From Camelus dromedarius (lineage: Eukaryota): a stretch of DNA of 64,000 bases. The notes beneath the pieces are model-generated. The model saw nothing but the letters and a program-made list of their open reading frames with translations. It had not been told where the DNA came from and ran no database searches. The position numbers were made by a program, and so were the translations under genes. Numbering within the stretch: the stretch's first letter is position 1; every line of letters starts with the position of its first letter. The DNA is taken from the NCBI RefSeq assembly GCF_036321535.1, contig NC_087438.1, positions 2,482,001-2,546,000 on the forward strand, read 5' to 3'. Positions 11,480 through 23,350 of the stretch are shown here, one piece after another.

Positions 11480-12860
11480 ATTTATTCAAAACCATTTATC
11501 CACTGTTGATACAAGTCTCGGTTAAATCAACCGACAGATTCCCCCAGACTCAAGGAGCTCAAGTCACACAGTTGAGGAAGACAATTGACATCAACTACAA
11601 ACTTCATTTAAATGTAAATAAAACAGAGTATTGGCAGGTCTGAGTGTCGTGCAGTAAAATGAGTAGGACTGGATCTGGACAGGGACGTCTGGGAGGCCTG
11701 AGAGGCCTGTGCTGTTTTGAGTGGAGTGGTTGGAGAAGGTGGTCATCCTGAGAAGGGGTCTTGGTCTGGAGACTGGAGACGAGACGACATCGGCTGGGGA
11801 AAGAGTGACCAAGGCAGAGGGCGCGGCTGCCCCGAGGCTCCGAGGCCTGAGGTCTGGCTGGAGGATGAACGAGGGGCCGGCGCCCAGGGAAGGGGCGTAA
11901 CGTAGGAGACAAAGCAGATAAAATATGGCAGAAAGCCCCGGACTTTTCACTCCAAGTGATGTGGGAGTCATTGGCAGCTTCCAGAAGAAGAGTGATGCCT
12001 TCTTACATTTCGAGGCCCCTCCGGAGCTGCCTGGTTTGAGATGGGCTGCAGGGGTGAGGGTGGAGGCAAGAAAGCTGTTCAGAGACAAGAATGCCTTCAG
12101 CCTTGAGCGCAGCAGCACCAGCGGTGAGAAGCGGTTTGACTCGGTGCAGACGGCAGGGGGCAGGGGCAAGGATGTCACTGAACCTTCGGATGGGGGCGTG
12201 AAAGCAACGAGGCGTCTGGACCTCTGGCCTGAAGGATGCGCAGGTCGCAGGGGCTGAAGGACCGCTGTGGAGAGCAGCAGGTCTCGCGGGTACGGCTGGG
12301 AGACCAGCACTCTGAGGTGCTCATCACTTTCCGTTAGACGTCTTCACTGATGCTCGGAAGGCAGGAGACAGCTGAGCTAGTTGGTGCATCTGGGAAACGT
12401 CATCCCCTGAACGGTGTGGGAAGCCTCGGTGGCAACACGATCACTAAGGGATGAGGTTGAAGTGAGAGGAGGAGGTTCCTTGCTCGGAGTCCCTGGGAAG
12501 TGGGCGGGTCCGGGCGAAAGGACCTTGAGCTGCAGGGCCCTCGTGCTAGGAGGTGAACCAGGTGTCTGAAGGGCAGTGAGATGGTCCTGCTGGACAAGGA
12601 CAAAGACGCTGGAATTGGCAGAGGGACCTAGTAACTTGTGGGCGCCGGGACCTCGTCTGCATCAGGTGGATGTAGGAAAGCCACGTGGGCCAGGCTGCTC
12701 AGGGAATGGAGACGGAGCAGGACAGAGCTTCCTGAGGGGTACCTGGTCAGGAGGCAGGAGAAGGGAAGTTGTGAAAACAGAAGCTGAAGGAAGTGATTCA
12801 GCCAAGGGGGCACCTCGGGAGCAGGTGGGGCGAATGGCTGAGATGCCCCTGCTGCGCTCC
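11480..12860 (-). mobile_element. Highly diverged LINE-2 remnant
   Basis: Begins with an L2-3'-like tttattcaaaaccatttat...caaggagctcaagtc, followed by ~1.3 kb of purine-rich sequence with L2-like phrases (ggtggaggcaagaaagctgttcag, catctgggaaacgtcatc). Recognised by eye only. Confidence 0.55.
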
Positions 12861-14124
12861 TGGTGTATGTGCTTGGGATGGGAGGGACGGGAGGGGGCAG
12901 GAAGCAAAGATTTATCCCCACTGTCCTTTGTTCCTTAAGTGAGAACTGTCGGCATATGACTAGGATCCCTGAAGCTCTGAGATGCCAAGGCAGATGCAGA
13001 AGATTGAGGAGCCCGGGGGTCCCAGCATCTTCGCTACGGCCAGACCACTGAGAGGTGCAGGCTGCCCGCCAGGGGCAGAGTGGAGAGGGTGGGTGGGCAG
13101 AGGCCCGCTTTGGACTTGGTGCCTTCCTGTAACGTCAGTGTTGTATATGATCATTATAAGATGGCAACTTGTATCGTAAATCCATTGTCAGCTCAATAAG
13201 CAGATGCAGAAACCTGAATTCCAGTTATTTTTCTCTATAAGAGAACATATTGCTTATATTTAAAATATATTTTTGCATCTGTGCTGTTCGAAGACCTAGA
13301 CTGGGCCAGCCTCTCTTCAAGGGAAGCATCACTAAGAAGGCTGGGATGTGAGCTCATCGCAGCTCTGCTGCTCTGGGGGGAAGGGGGCAGCTGGCAAGGG
13401 ACCCCCTCCTGGCCGCAAAGCCCTGGGGCTGTGTGTCTTTGGTCCCGATCATCCCAGGTTGTGCCGAGCGGCAGCCGTATCAGTTAACGCTCACCGGGCC
13501 CTCGCGTCTTATCTCAGAGTTCGCGGTGGCTGCACTACGAGCCCCGGGTGCACAGCAGTGCAGCGTCCCTCTCGTTTGTCGCAAGTGCTCACAGTGTGCA
13601 GGCAGCACGCGACGCCGGGCCCACGCTGGGGGGTGCCTGTCGCAGCGACAGCGCGGTGAGTGTCGTGGCCCCGCAGTGCAGGTGCAGCGAAGGCGGTGTC
13701 TCCCCAGAGTGGGGCCCTGGCGGGGACACAGGCTCTGGGGGAGCAGAAGCCCAGAGCGGCAGCAGAGGGACACCCTCTGGACCCCGGGGAGGTAGGCAGC
13801 AGACAGAAGGGGCTCCAGGCTTGGCTGGCCCCCCAGATGGAGGTGGGAGGTGGGAGGGAGGGAGGTGGGAGTCGTGTGGGCCCAGAGAGATCCACCAGCC
13901 TGGCCCTTAGAGGACCCCGCAGGAGGGATGGGGAAGCGGCCCGGCTCAACAACTCTGTCAGAGAAGTTGGGAAGCTGTGCGCACACGGAAGCCTCCCCTC
14001 TGCCGCCTGGACCACACCTCACCCAGGGTCCCCCCCACCCCCCGTCCCCTCCGCGGGCACAGGAAGCCCAGTCACAGCATGAAGATCCCCCCCCCAGCCG
14101 CGTGCTCCCCTGGGGGAGCGGGGC

Positions 14125-14546
14125 CCAGCCGGCTTGCTTAGGGACAGGCCGACAAGGTGCTGCGGGCTGGGCGGCCGGGAGCCTCAGCGCCTCAGTCCGC
14201 GGGGCGGGTGTCAGAGCAAGGCGCCAGCAGGGCTGGTTCCCTCTGAGGCTGAGGGACGACGTGGGACACATCGCTGTCCTAGGGTTCTGGTGGCCCCTGC
14301 CACCCTTCGTGCTCCTGGCTCGCACCTGCGTCACAGCCCTCTCTGCCTCCGTTCCCCCGGCCTCCTCCTTGCGGGTCACTCTTCTCATAAGCACCCCCGC
14401 GTCACTGGGTTAGGGGCCCCCTACTCCAGTGTGACCGCATGTTAACTAGTTAATCCTACAACTGCCCTGTTTCCAAATCAGGCGACATGATGGGGGTTGG
14501 GACTTCAACAGACAGATAATTGGAGGACATGGCTCAACTCGTAACA
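14125..14546 (-). mobile_element. MaLR solo LTR (MLT1C-like), GC-shifted
   Basis: cagcagggctggttccctctgaggct...cttctcataagcacc...ctactccagtgtgacc...ctgtttccaaatcagg...ggacttcaaca...actcgtaaca follows the antisense MLT1 layout. Confidence 0.75.
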
Positions 14547-14699
14547 GTCAGCAAGAGCCGGCGAGCCCTCCCTCAAACTCTCCATGGGCTCCTCCGGCCC
14601 TCTTGCTCCGTGGCTCAGAGCGATAGCTGGCGCCTGCGAATACTCGGAGAGCGCCTGCCGCGCTGCAGGGTTGTAGAGGCACCTGCCACGTTTGAGCTC

Positions 14700-14830
14700 G
14701 TTTGATCATGACGACCCTATGCGAGGGGGATGGGTCTCACTTTCCAGGTGTGGAAATGAAGTGGAGGTTCAGAGAGGTTAAGTGAGCAACTCGAGGACAC
14801 ACAGCAAGGAATTCAGATGCGGGCAGAGGC
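14700..14830 (-). mobile_element. MIR SINE core
   Basis: gaggttcagagaggttaagtgagcaactcgaggacacacagc is the reverse complement of the MIR core. Confidence 0.65.
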
Positions 14831-15590
14831 TGCCCCACCACCTTGCCTCCTGAAGACACAGGCCCAAGAGCGATCCTTGCTCACTCCTGCTGAGGGAAGG
14901 CTTCCTCACACGTGCTGCACTGTATTTAAGCACCTGGGACGGATATAACACTAGAGCATTGTTTTGAGGCTGGTGGGTTTTTATATATGAAAACAAATCT
15001 TGGTGGAAAATTGGTGTGTGTGTGTGTTTAAGAGCATTTCTCTAATTACCTGCTAGAGACACTTTGCCCCCTAAGCAATCACGATGCCCAGTATTCTGCT
15101 TATTCTGGGTGTGTGCTGCAGAAATGGAAAATATTAAATCCAGCCCTGCTCTCTGGGAAAAAACAGAGTCTACTGAATAAAGGGCAATATTATAAAAAGT
15201 GTTCTACAGCAGAAAGGGGCACGTTCCATCAAGATCAATAAGGAAAAGAAAACAATTTAAGCCGAACTTTGCTTCAAATTAAAATGCAGGTTTATTTTTA
15301 AAGAAAGAAAAATCGCCCCTCAGTAGAAGTGTTTGTCTGGGACGCAAACCTCTGATAGAAAATTGGCTCTGCCTTAAAATAGTTGGTGCATAATGATTTC
15401 TTCCTTTAATGTTTTGAGAGTTTTATTATCTTTGGATACATATCAACACATTGTAGATGCAAAAAGGAGCAGCCTGTGGGCACCAGAGAGAGTTTTCAAT
15501 AACGTAATTACAGTGTTGTAGCAAAGCGCCCCGTCCGTGCTCTCAGCTCACACTCAGTGCGCACAGGCTTTCAAAGCATCTAGTGACACC

Positions 15591-16175
15591 TGCCTCAGTC
15601 TGCTCAGGCGGCCGTAACAAAATGCCAGGGACTAAGCAGCTCAAATGACAGAACATCGTTTTCTCATGGTTCTGGAGGCAGGAAGTCCAACATCAAGGTC
15701 CTGCAGTTCGGATTCTTGGTGAGGGCTCTCTTCCTGGCTTGAAGACGGCAGCCTTCTTCCTGTGTCCTCACCTATCAGAGAGGGAGGGAGGGAAGGAGAG
15801 AGAGAGAAGACATGGGGATGGAGACAGAGATAGGGATGGAGATGGGGAGAGAGATGGAGATACAGATGGAGATGAGGGTGGGGAGAGAGAGAGAGAAGAG
15901 ACGGAGACAGAGAGGTGGAGACAGTGATGGGGATAAGGGGAGAGATGGAGGTAGAGAGACAGGTGGATAAGGGGGTGCGGATGGGGAGAGAGACAGAGAG
16001 AGCTCTCTGGTGTCTCTTCTTTTTCTTAAGACTCGAATCTTACTGGTTCAGGGCCCCACCCTTCTGCCCTCACTTCACCTTTATCACATCCAGCAAACAC
16101 AGTCACGCTGCGGTGACGGCTTCAACACGTGCATCTGTGGGGATGCACTTCGGGTGGGAACAGTGTCCATGTAAC
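15591..16175 (-). mobile_element. MaLR solo LTR (MLT1A-like) interrupted by a GA-rich expansion
   Basis: tgcctcagtctgctcaggcggccgtaacaaaa...ttctggaggcaggaagtccaacatcaagg...tgtgtcctcac, resuming at ~16000 with ctctctggtgtctcttc...ggcttcaacacgtg. Confidence 0.85.
15776..16001. repeat. GA-rich low-complexity, (GGAGAY)n-like repeat
   Basis: agagagggagggagggaaggagagagagagaagacatggggatggagacagagatagggatggagatgg... Confidence 0.9.
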
Positions 16176-16711
16176 TGTCACAGGATGGTCTCTCCACACA
16201 TGAAGACTGGGACCGCTCCAGTTAGGGTGTTGCTCTGGGAATAGCATTTGGAGAAGTATGATCTGCACTATTTCCTGATGGGATCTGAACTGTTCAGCAC
16301 AAGTGGAGACAGCCATGGGATTTCTGGAAACTTCCCTGTGGGTCATTATAATTAAAGAGCTCCGAACTTTTAGATAGCATACTTCAAGAAATTTACCACC
16401 CTCCTCAATCCACTAAAACCCCCCTTTGGGGTCTGCGGTGTTGGTTTGGGCCACCCAGCCCCCCCAGACCATCCCCAGACCACGGCGATCGTAACTTCCT
16501 GAGGTTTCGGTTCTCCTTGAATCATCTACCAGCTGCTGTTGGTCACTCTAGCAGCTTTTATTTACGTCGCTTGTTTGTTTCTTTCTTTATGCCGCTTTTT
16601 TACGCCACTGTTTCAGCTAGACCTGCTTCAGCGACGTGACCTGAAATTTCCTGGAGTAGCACGTATGATTGGATTTCCTAGATGTAAGGATGAACGAACC
16701 ACAGTACCATG

Positions 16712-16912
16712 CAGTATTTCAAAGCACTTCACAGTTTACAAAGGCTTTCACATACGCTTTCCAAGAGTGGTTCTAACTTCACGCGCCCTGAGGGAGAGGT
16801 CCGCACTGCCATTTGTGGGGGCCGGGAGGCAACCAGGACGTGGGGAGAGGGAGTGACTTGCAAGAAGCTACCCCGTGATCGGGGTGAGGTGCAGCCTAGG
16901 CCTTGGAGTCTA
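16712..16912 (-). mobile_element. MIR SINE, diverged
   Basis: agcacttcacagtttacaaaggctttcacatac...gagagggagtgacttgc matches the antisense MIR/MIR3 3' end and core. Confidence 0.6.
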
Positions 16913-18504
16913 ATGAAGGAGTAGCTGGCATTTGGGATAAAATGCAGCATTTTATTCCCAGGTGGAATTTGAGATCTATTTCTAGCACCATGTGTTTTCA
17001 AAACACACATGAATGGCAACCTTTTCAAGGATAAAGGTGAAGAATGTGGCATTTTTACTCTTCAAAGCATCACTGTCCCTGCCGGTTTTCCACGAATGCA
17101 CCGCGGTTGCCACCTTGTGAGAGGATTCAGACCTGTTAAAGATCTTCCTCAAAGATCGATTTGTGATCATGGGAGCTCGGAGGTTAGAACGAAGCGGTGT
17201 GTGAGCTGTCGATCCGCACACCAGGGGTGATCTTGTGAGGAAGAGCATTTATTTTCTCCACTTGAAAAAGGAGACACACGTGCTGTAGCAATCTTCTGGG
17301 TCAGATAATTGCAATGATCTTGGTTAAAGTGTAGAAAGGGTCAGAGGTCTGGCCGGGTCATAGTCTGCCCCTGTTGCCACCACAGCTTGTCTCCATTTAA
17401 GTAAAATAATGTAATTGGTTTGAGGACAGAGTTGCTTCCTGCTCACAGCGCAGTCGAGCCTGTGGTCGGTGAAGAGTTGCCGACTTTCAGCTCAGCTCAG
17501 GTCATGGCCTGTGTTGGGGGCTGACTGAGACCCACCAGGACCTCCTATCACTCTCTGTGATTAAAAGCAGAGCAGCCAAGGACGGGCCCCCAGTCCAGTC
17601 CTGGACCGAGAACGGACAGCAGTGTGCCCTCCTCCAGCATCACTACCCTCCAGAGGCAGGAGGGGCATCGGATGTCATGGGGCATCCCCCTGAGGCCAGG
17701 ACAGGGATCTGTGAGAAGAACACAGACCTGCAGTGTCCTCTCTCCCTCCTCCGTGGAGTGAGCAGGGGGCATGCACTGCACTTCAGAGTTTGCAGAGGAT
17801 GTCCACACTGCCTGCCACTGCAGCTCCAGACGTGCCCAGCCTGCTTTGGCAGGTAAGTGACAGCCTGGTGACCCAGATTCCTCCAGCGCCCCCCCCACCC
17901 ACAGCAGCCTGCTTGTGGGGACAGTCCTCCCCAACACAGGGGCCTTGGAAGAATGCGTTCAGATGCAGGACTGGGCTTGGCTGTCAGCGCTTCTCAACAA
18001 GAGGCCAGTGGAAGGCAGAGAATGCGCTCCCACGATATGTAGAGGCGAGCGCTGGGATGCTGTGCTGGGTACAACAAGATCAACCGGGTCTAAAACCAGT
18101 GACAGAAAGACTCAGAAACGCAACCATAGAGGCAGGACCCGCGGGGCAGGCAGGAAGCGCTCCCACCAGAAGCATCCAGCAGTGGTGGGGTCCCCTCGGC
18201 AAAAAGTTCCCGTCCAGCTCAGCCCCGCAGTCTACAAAGCCTTTATGACCTGACTCTGACCTTTTCACCCTCATTTCTGGATAATTCCTCACCGACTCTG
18301 TACCTCCGCCCAGGTCCTCTTTCCAAGCCTGCTGGAGATGACTGCCAGCAGGAGCCTTCCAGGACCTTCCGGACGGGAGGCGCCTCCCACCACTTGGGTC
18401 CATTAGCTGAACTTCCCTCCGATACTTTCAGTCCAGCTTTACTGCCATCGACTTAACACACAACCAAAGTATCTCTCTCTAGACTGTAACTCTGCAGGCT
18501 TCTA

Positions 18505-18870
18505 GATTATTTTAAGTACCCATTGCTATGTAACAAATCACCCCAAACCTAGTTTTAAACAACAACTTACTATCTTTCCACTGGGTCCTTCTTTGCTCCA
18601 GGGCCACTCTGAAGCCCCTCCAGCCGGGAACTTGGGGGAACTGGTACATCAGGACGGTCTGCCGTCTTCAGCTGCCTCACCTCACACGGCCTGGGACAGC
18701 TTGTTAGTCATCCTGGGATGTCTTTGTAAGCCCCACGATGTCACCTCTGCCACATGCTTGGGTAAAGGAAATCACAAGGTCAGCCCACCATAGAGGGAAG
18801 TCACTCCACTTTTAACACAGGGGGTGGGCACAGCGTGCACTCGGGGAGGGGGACACTGGGGACTGTCTGA
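18505..18870 (-). mobile_element. Old MaLR LTR (MLT1H/J/K-like)
   Basis: cattgctatgtaacaaatcaccccaaacctag...aaacaacaac and aaatcacaaggtcagccca...actccacttttaa are hallmark blocks of old MLT1 elements. Confidence 0.7.
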
Positions 18871-19045
18871 AGCATAGATTGCAGATTTCATTTCCATCTT
18901 GCTCACAGCCGTGCTCTCAGCAGCTGCTGAAGTGCGATTCATAGAGCAGTCAGTAGGAATTGACTAAATGGAAAAATGTGCAAGGCCACGTTCCCTGGAG
19001 GGGTTCAGGGAGCATGGGGACCACACAGGAGCCACGTTCCAGGGG

Positions 19046-19392
19046 TGCAGTGGGCTGGATGTCTGGATGCCCCCAAATTTCATGGGTTGACATCCTAGCT
19101 CCCAATGTGACGGCCTCAGGAGCTGGGGACTTGGGGAGAACATCAGGGTGTGAGGGCGGAGCCCTGTGAATGGGACTCACAGTGTGAGAAGGAACCAGGG
19201 AACTAGCCCGCCCCCTCCCCACCAGGTGAGGACACGGGAGAAGGCGGCCATCTGCCACCTGGAGGAGGGCCCTCCCAGAGCCCAGCCACGCCGGCCCCAC
19301 GACGTTGGCCTTCTGCCTCCAGACGGTGAGACATGAGTGTCCGTCGTTTATAAGCCCCTGGTCTGTTACTGCGGCCTGAATGGACAATGACA
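19046..19392 (+). mobile_element. MaLR solo LTR (MLT1A-like)
   Basis: TG...CA termini; cccccaaatttcatgggttga...gtgaggacacgggagaaggcggccatctg...gcctccagacggtgaga...tttataagcc. Near-TSD agggg (19041-19045) and aggag (19393-19397). Confidence 0.9.
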
Positions 19393-19629
19393 AGGAGGGC
19401 AGACTTCAGACAGCAGGCACGTGTAGCCCGGTGACAGTCCTCAGCTGTGTGACCGGGCTGTCCCCCGGCTTCAGCAGCTCGTGAGGACACAGAGCAGGGT
19501 GACAGGAGAGGCGGGGTGAGGCACTGCAAGGGGAGGGGGGGTGGCTGCCTGCCAGGGGCCTGGGGCACGCCGCATGCTTCATTCCAAAGGCAATCCCCTC
19601 CCACATCCACTCAGCCTCTCTGCGCCTTG

Positions 19630-20425
19630 TGTGTAACTGTGAGATCAGAGAACACGTATGGATTTGGTTTTGGCCTGCGGCTCCCGGCACAGAGCTCCTC
19701 CAACCCTGTCATTTCCTGGGTGATAGGAGCATCTTTTATTCTAATGAGGGTGGGCTCCTGGATGGGGGCGGGTCACCAGAAAGACCAAACCCGGACTAGA
19801 AGCTTGGGATTTCCAGCCCCACAGCCCATCCCCAGAGAGGGGAGAGGGGCTGGAAATGGAGCTGTCGATGGACCACCTAGCGAGGAGGTCGCCATAGAAT
19901 CCCGATAGCGCAGGCTCGGCGCTTCCAGGTGAGTGAACACGTCCAGGTACCGGGATGGGGCGTGCCTCAGCTCCACGGGGACAGAAGCTCCTGCGCTCAG
20001 GACCCTGCCAGACCTCACTCTGCGCATCTCTCCACTGACTGCCCATGTGTGTCCATCACATCCTTTAATAAACTGGAAAAGTGTTTCCCTGAGTGGTGTG
20101 AGCCACTCCTGCAAATTAACTGAAGGAGGGGCTGTGACACCTCTGATTTGTCGCTGAACTGGACAGAAATTGGGGGACACCGGGGGACCTAACTTGCCAC
20201 TGGCATCTGCATGGGGGCGGTCTCCTGGGACTGAGCCCTTCCCTAACCTGTGGGGTCGGACCCGCCTCCAGGTGGCCGGGGTCGGAGCGGAGCTGGGCTG
20301 CAGGACGCCCGGCTGGTGCGGCAGCACGGCCTGGGGTGGGGAAAACACCCACGTGTCTGGTGTCAGACGTGTTCTGAGTGTGACTGTGGCCTGAGAGCAA
20401 AGGGGGAACCTGGGAAAAACAATGT
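19630..20425 (+). mobile_element. Solo LTR, MER21-like
   Basis: ggcacagagctcct...ttcctgggtgataggagcatctttt...ggtcaccagaaagacca...gacagaagctcctgcgctcaggaccct...aataaactgg...tttccctgagt...ggactgagccct...tggtgtcaga follow the MER21 order. Confidence 0.85.
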
Positions 20426-20519
20426 TTTTTTTTTTTTTTATACAAAAATGTGTAAAGTGCATGATGCTGACCATTTGTGAGGGACAAGGGAATATTTCAA
20501 CTTTTTTAAAACACCCCCC

Positions 20520-20920
20520 CCCCACCTCCCGCCACCCTTTGCCCGCGCAGCCTGGCGGGGCCGGAGCGGGGCGGGGCAGGCGTCCCTGGATTCAGCCCAG
20601 CACGTTCATCTCCGCGGCGGTTCTCACAGAGTGTCCATCGGGGGGAAATGTCTTTGCTGTCCCCGAAATATAAACGCCCCAGCTTCCTTTTACCCATTAT
20701 TTTCCCAGAGCGTGATATTCTGTGATTCTCTTTGAAAAACATTGTATCGTTTTTGTCGAGAAGGTTTCTTGTCACAATTTTCTGCGGAAGAAGACAACCA
20801 AGTGCAAACCAGCAGCTCGGCCGCTCGCTCAGGGCAGCAGGCGCGGCCGGAGCCAGGCCCGAGGGGGCGCGCAGGGCCCCGCGGGACGTGAGAGCAATTA
20901 CCTCTCCCCGCCGCGTATGC
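20520..20920. promoter_or_regulatory. CpG-rich patch with GC box
   Basis: Dense CpGs (gcgcggccggagcc, ggcgcgcagg, ccgccgcg) and ggggcgggg at ~20568-20577, abutting an AT-rich repeat-free block. Confidence 0.45.
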
Positions 20921-21399
20921 AATATTTTACACATTAAGTGCATCATTAATATATACAAACACCACGTGTTGTACAGTATTTTATTAAATTCACTTATCTT
21001 GGCCTTTCACTTTATTATTGCATTACAGAATAAAAAGCACGGTTAACGTATCTTGTGTCAGATAATTGCATTTCTTTTTTTCCCCTCCTTTCAGAAATAT
21101 AGCTCACTCAGAGAATAACCAAAAAAGATAATTCAGATTCAGATTCAACTAAAATTAATCGAGCACTTACCATGTACCAGCCTCAGCGCTGGGAACATTT
21201 ATATACACTGACTCATGAATGAGGAAACTATTATCAGACCCTGGTTTTGCACCAAGGCACAGAAATGAGAGGCATGATGATGCCGGAGGGAAGGGCTGGA
21301 ATTTACGCCCCAAAGAGATTCTACTTCCAAAATGAGGCTGCCGTCCTGTGCCCAACGCATCTCCTGCACAGATGGTAGAAAGAGAGCTGGGAACTTGGA

Positions 21400-22226
21400 A
21401 ATCTGTGGGGAAGATATTATTACTGACAACTCGACAACAACGGCCAACTCAATTTAAAAAAATGGGCAAAGGACCTGACTTAACATTTCTCCAAACATTT
21501 ACAAATGGCCAGTGAGCACATGAGGTTTCAACGTCACTAAAGACTAGGAGACTGAAAATCAAAACCGCAGCGCCACAGCGCGTCACACCTGCTAGGGCGG
21601 CCGCTACTGAAAACAGAGAAAGTGGGAGCTGGTGAGGGCGTGGCGACTCTGGGCCCCTGTGCTCTGCTCGTGGGGATGTGAAACGGAGCAGCCGCGGTGG
21701 GAAAAACTGGGACAGTTTCTCAAAAGAATATGGCCCAGTAACTCCACTTCCAGACATACATGCAAAAGAATTGAAATCAGTAGCACGAACAGTCACTTGT
21801 TCACCACGTGTACTGTTGGTGGAACCTGAGAGTCCTTCAGCAGGTGACGGCTACACACCATGGGGTGCCTGTAGAAAAGAATATTACTCAGACTTGAAGA
21901 TAAATTCTGACACAGGCTGCAATGTGCATGAACCTTGAGGGCGTCGTGCTGGTCACAAAGGACAAATGTGTGACTCCACCTGTGTGGGATCCCTGGAGTG
22001 TCAAATCTGTAGAAACGGAAGGCTGAGTGGTGGTTGTCTGGGGCTGGAGGGGGTGGGGGTTTAATTTAATAGGGGCAGGGTTTCAGTTTGGGAAAATGAA
22101 AAAGTTCCGCAGATGGGGGATGACGGTCCTACAGCAACGTGAATGTATTTAGTGCCACAAGCCTGTGCTCGTAAAAATGGCTAAAATGGTAAATTGTACA
22201 TCATGTATATTTTACCATGATAAAAA
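21400..22226 (+). mobile_element. Ancient LINE-1 (L1MB-like) 3' fragment
   Basis: aaaaaatgggcaaaggacctgac...catttctccaaa...aatcaaaacc...aaagaattgaaatcag...aaaaatggctaaaatggtaaattgtacatcatgtatattttacca. Confidence 0.9.
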
Positions 22227-22559
22227 CATGATTACTTACGTAAAAACCACTCCTGCCGAAGTTTAGGGGAAAATGTGGAGAGAGCGTAATGCAGTATGAA
22301 GTGATGGGAGAAGCCTCAGACTTACAGATCTCCTGCAGACCGAAGAGGGAGAATGAAACCGAGAGCTACTTGGTCGTCTGGCTGAAGGACAGCTTCAATG
22401 CTGTGCGTAAATACCGATGTCCCGATGCAGAAAGATTTTAAGGGCAGTGACTGCTAATTCAGCCCCGGGGAGAAACCCCCGGGGGCCTCCCTCCCCGTTC
22501 TCTCCTCCTGCTGGGAGGCACTGCTCTGCCTCAGGTCCTTTATTTTTCCCTCCTCTTCC

Positions 22560-23350
22560 CTCCTGGTGCTCGACTCCCTCCTTCCCGCGGGGATCCCCGG
22601 GTGTACGGCCCACCCTGTCCCTAGACTGGCGTTTCGGGGCCCTGACGTCGAGGTCACGATGACGGGGATCACCGCCTTGGACGCTGACCTGGAAGCGGGA
22701 CCTCTGTGCCTCCGGGCCGTGCAGGCGGCGCTGGGGACATCACAGCCGAGCGAGGACGCTGGGGGCCGGGTGGCCAGCACGGCCGAGCTGTTTGCCCCCG
22801 ACCGCTTCCCTTCGCCGCCCGTCATCTGGGCGGAGTCAGAGGCGACATTCGCAGGCGAATCGCGGCTGAAGGGCGTCGTCCTGCGACCTCGGGGCTCACA
22901 GGGCTCTGGGGCAAAACCGTCCCCTGAGAGCACGTCTCCCTCGGGTAAACTTCGGGCGGAACTAGGCGCCGCGGGACCTCGGGCCTGGCTCTCCGCGCAG
23001 GCGCTGTTTTGGTGCGGAGGGAGACGGGTGTAAAACGGCTGCGCGCCGCCTGAGAGCGGGATGCCGGGGGGTGGGGGGCGGGGGCCGCTTCCGCCCACGA
23101 GCGCTGGTTTGCAGGCTGCTGCTCCCGCTCTTTCCACACAGGAAAGGGAAAGGAAACGCCGTTGCTCAAGGCGTGGGATAGAAGCGCCTCGCCCCCCGGG
23201 CTGGCGCGGGAGAAGCGGCGGGGGCGCCGGGTGGACGGCGCAGAACCGGCGCAGCGGCGCAGGAGGGACAGCCGGGCCTGTGCGGGAGCCGGGGGCCTGC
23301 GCCCCGCGGCGCGGACGCCGGTTGCCTGGCAGTGCGCACGCGCGCGCGCA
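22560..23350. promoter_or_regulatory. CpG island (~0.8 kb)
   Basis: Highest CpG density in the window (cgcgg, gcgcgccgcc, cggcgcggacgccgg), a GC box and G-runs at 23058-23084. Not recognisable as a repeat. Confidence 0.7.

Noticed and set aside
13480..14413. 304-aa and overlapping ORFs
   Set aside because: GC-rich stop-poor DNA partly inside an MLT1 LTR; no protein-like signature.
17557..17858. Possible exon ending at consensus donor CAG|GTAAGT (17850-17858)
   Set aside because: No convincing acceptor or recognisable peptide; isolated donors occur by chance.
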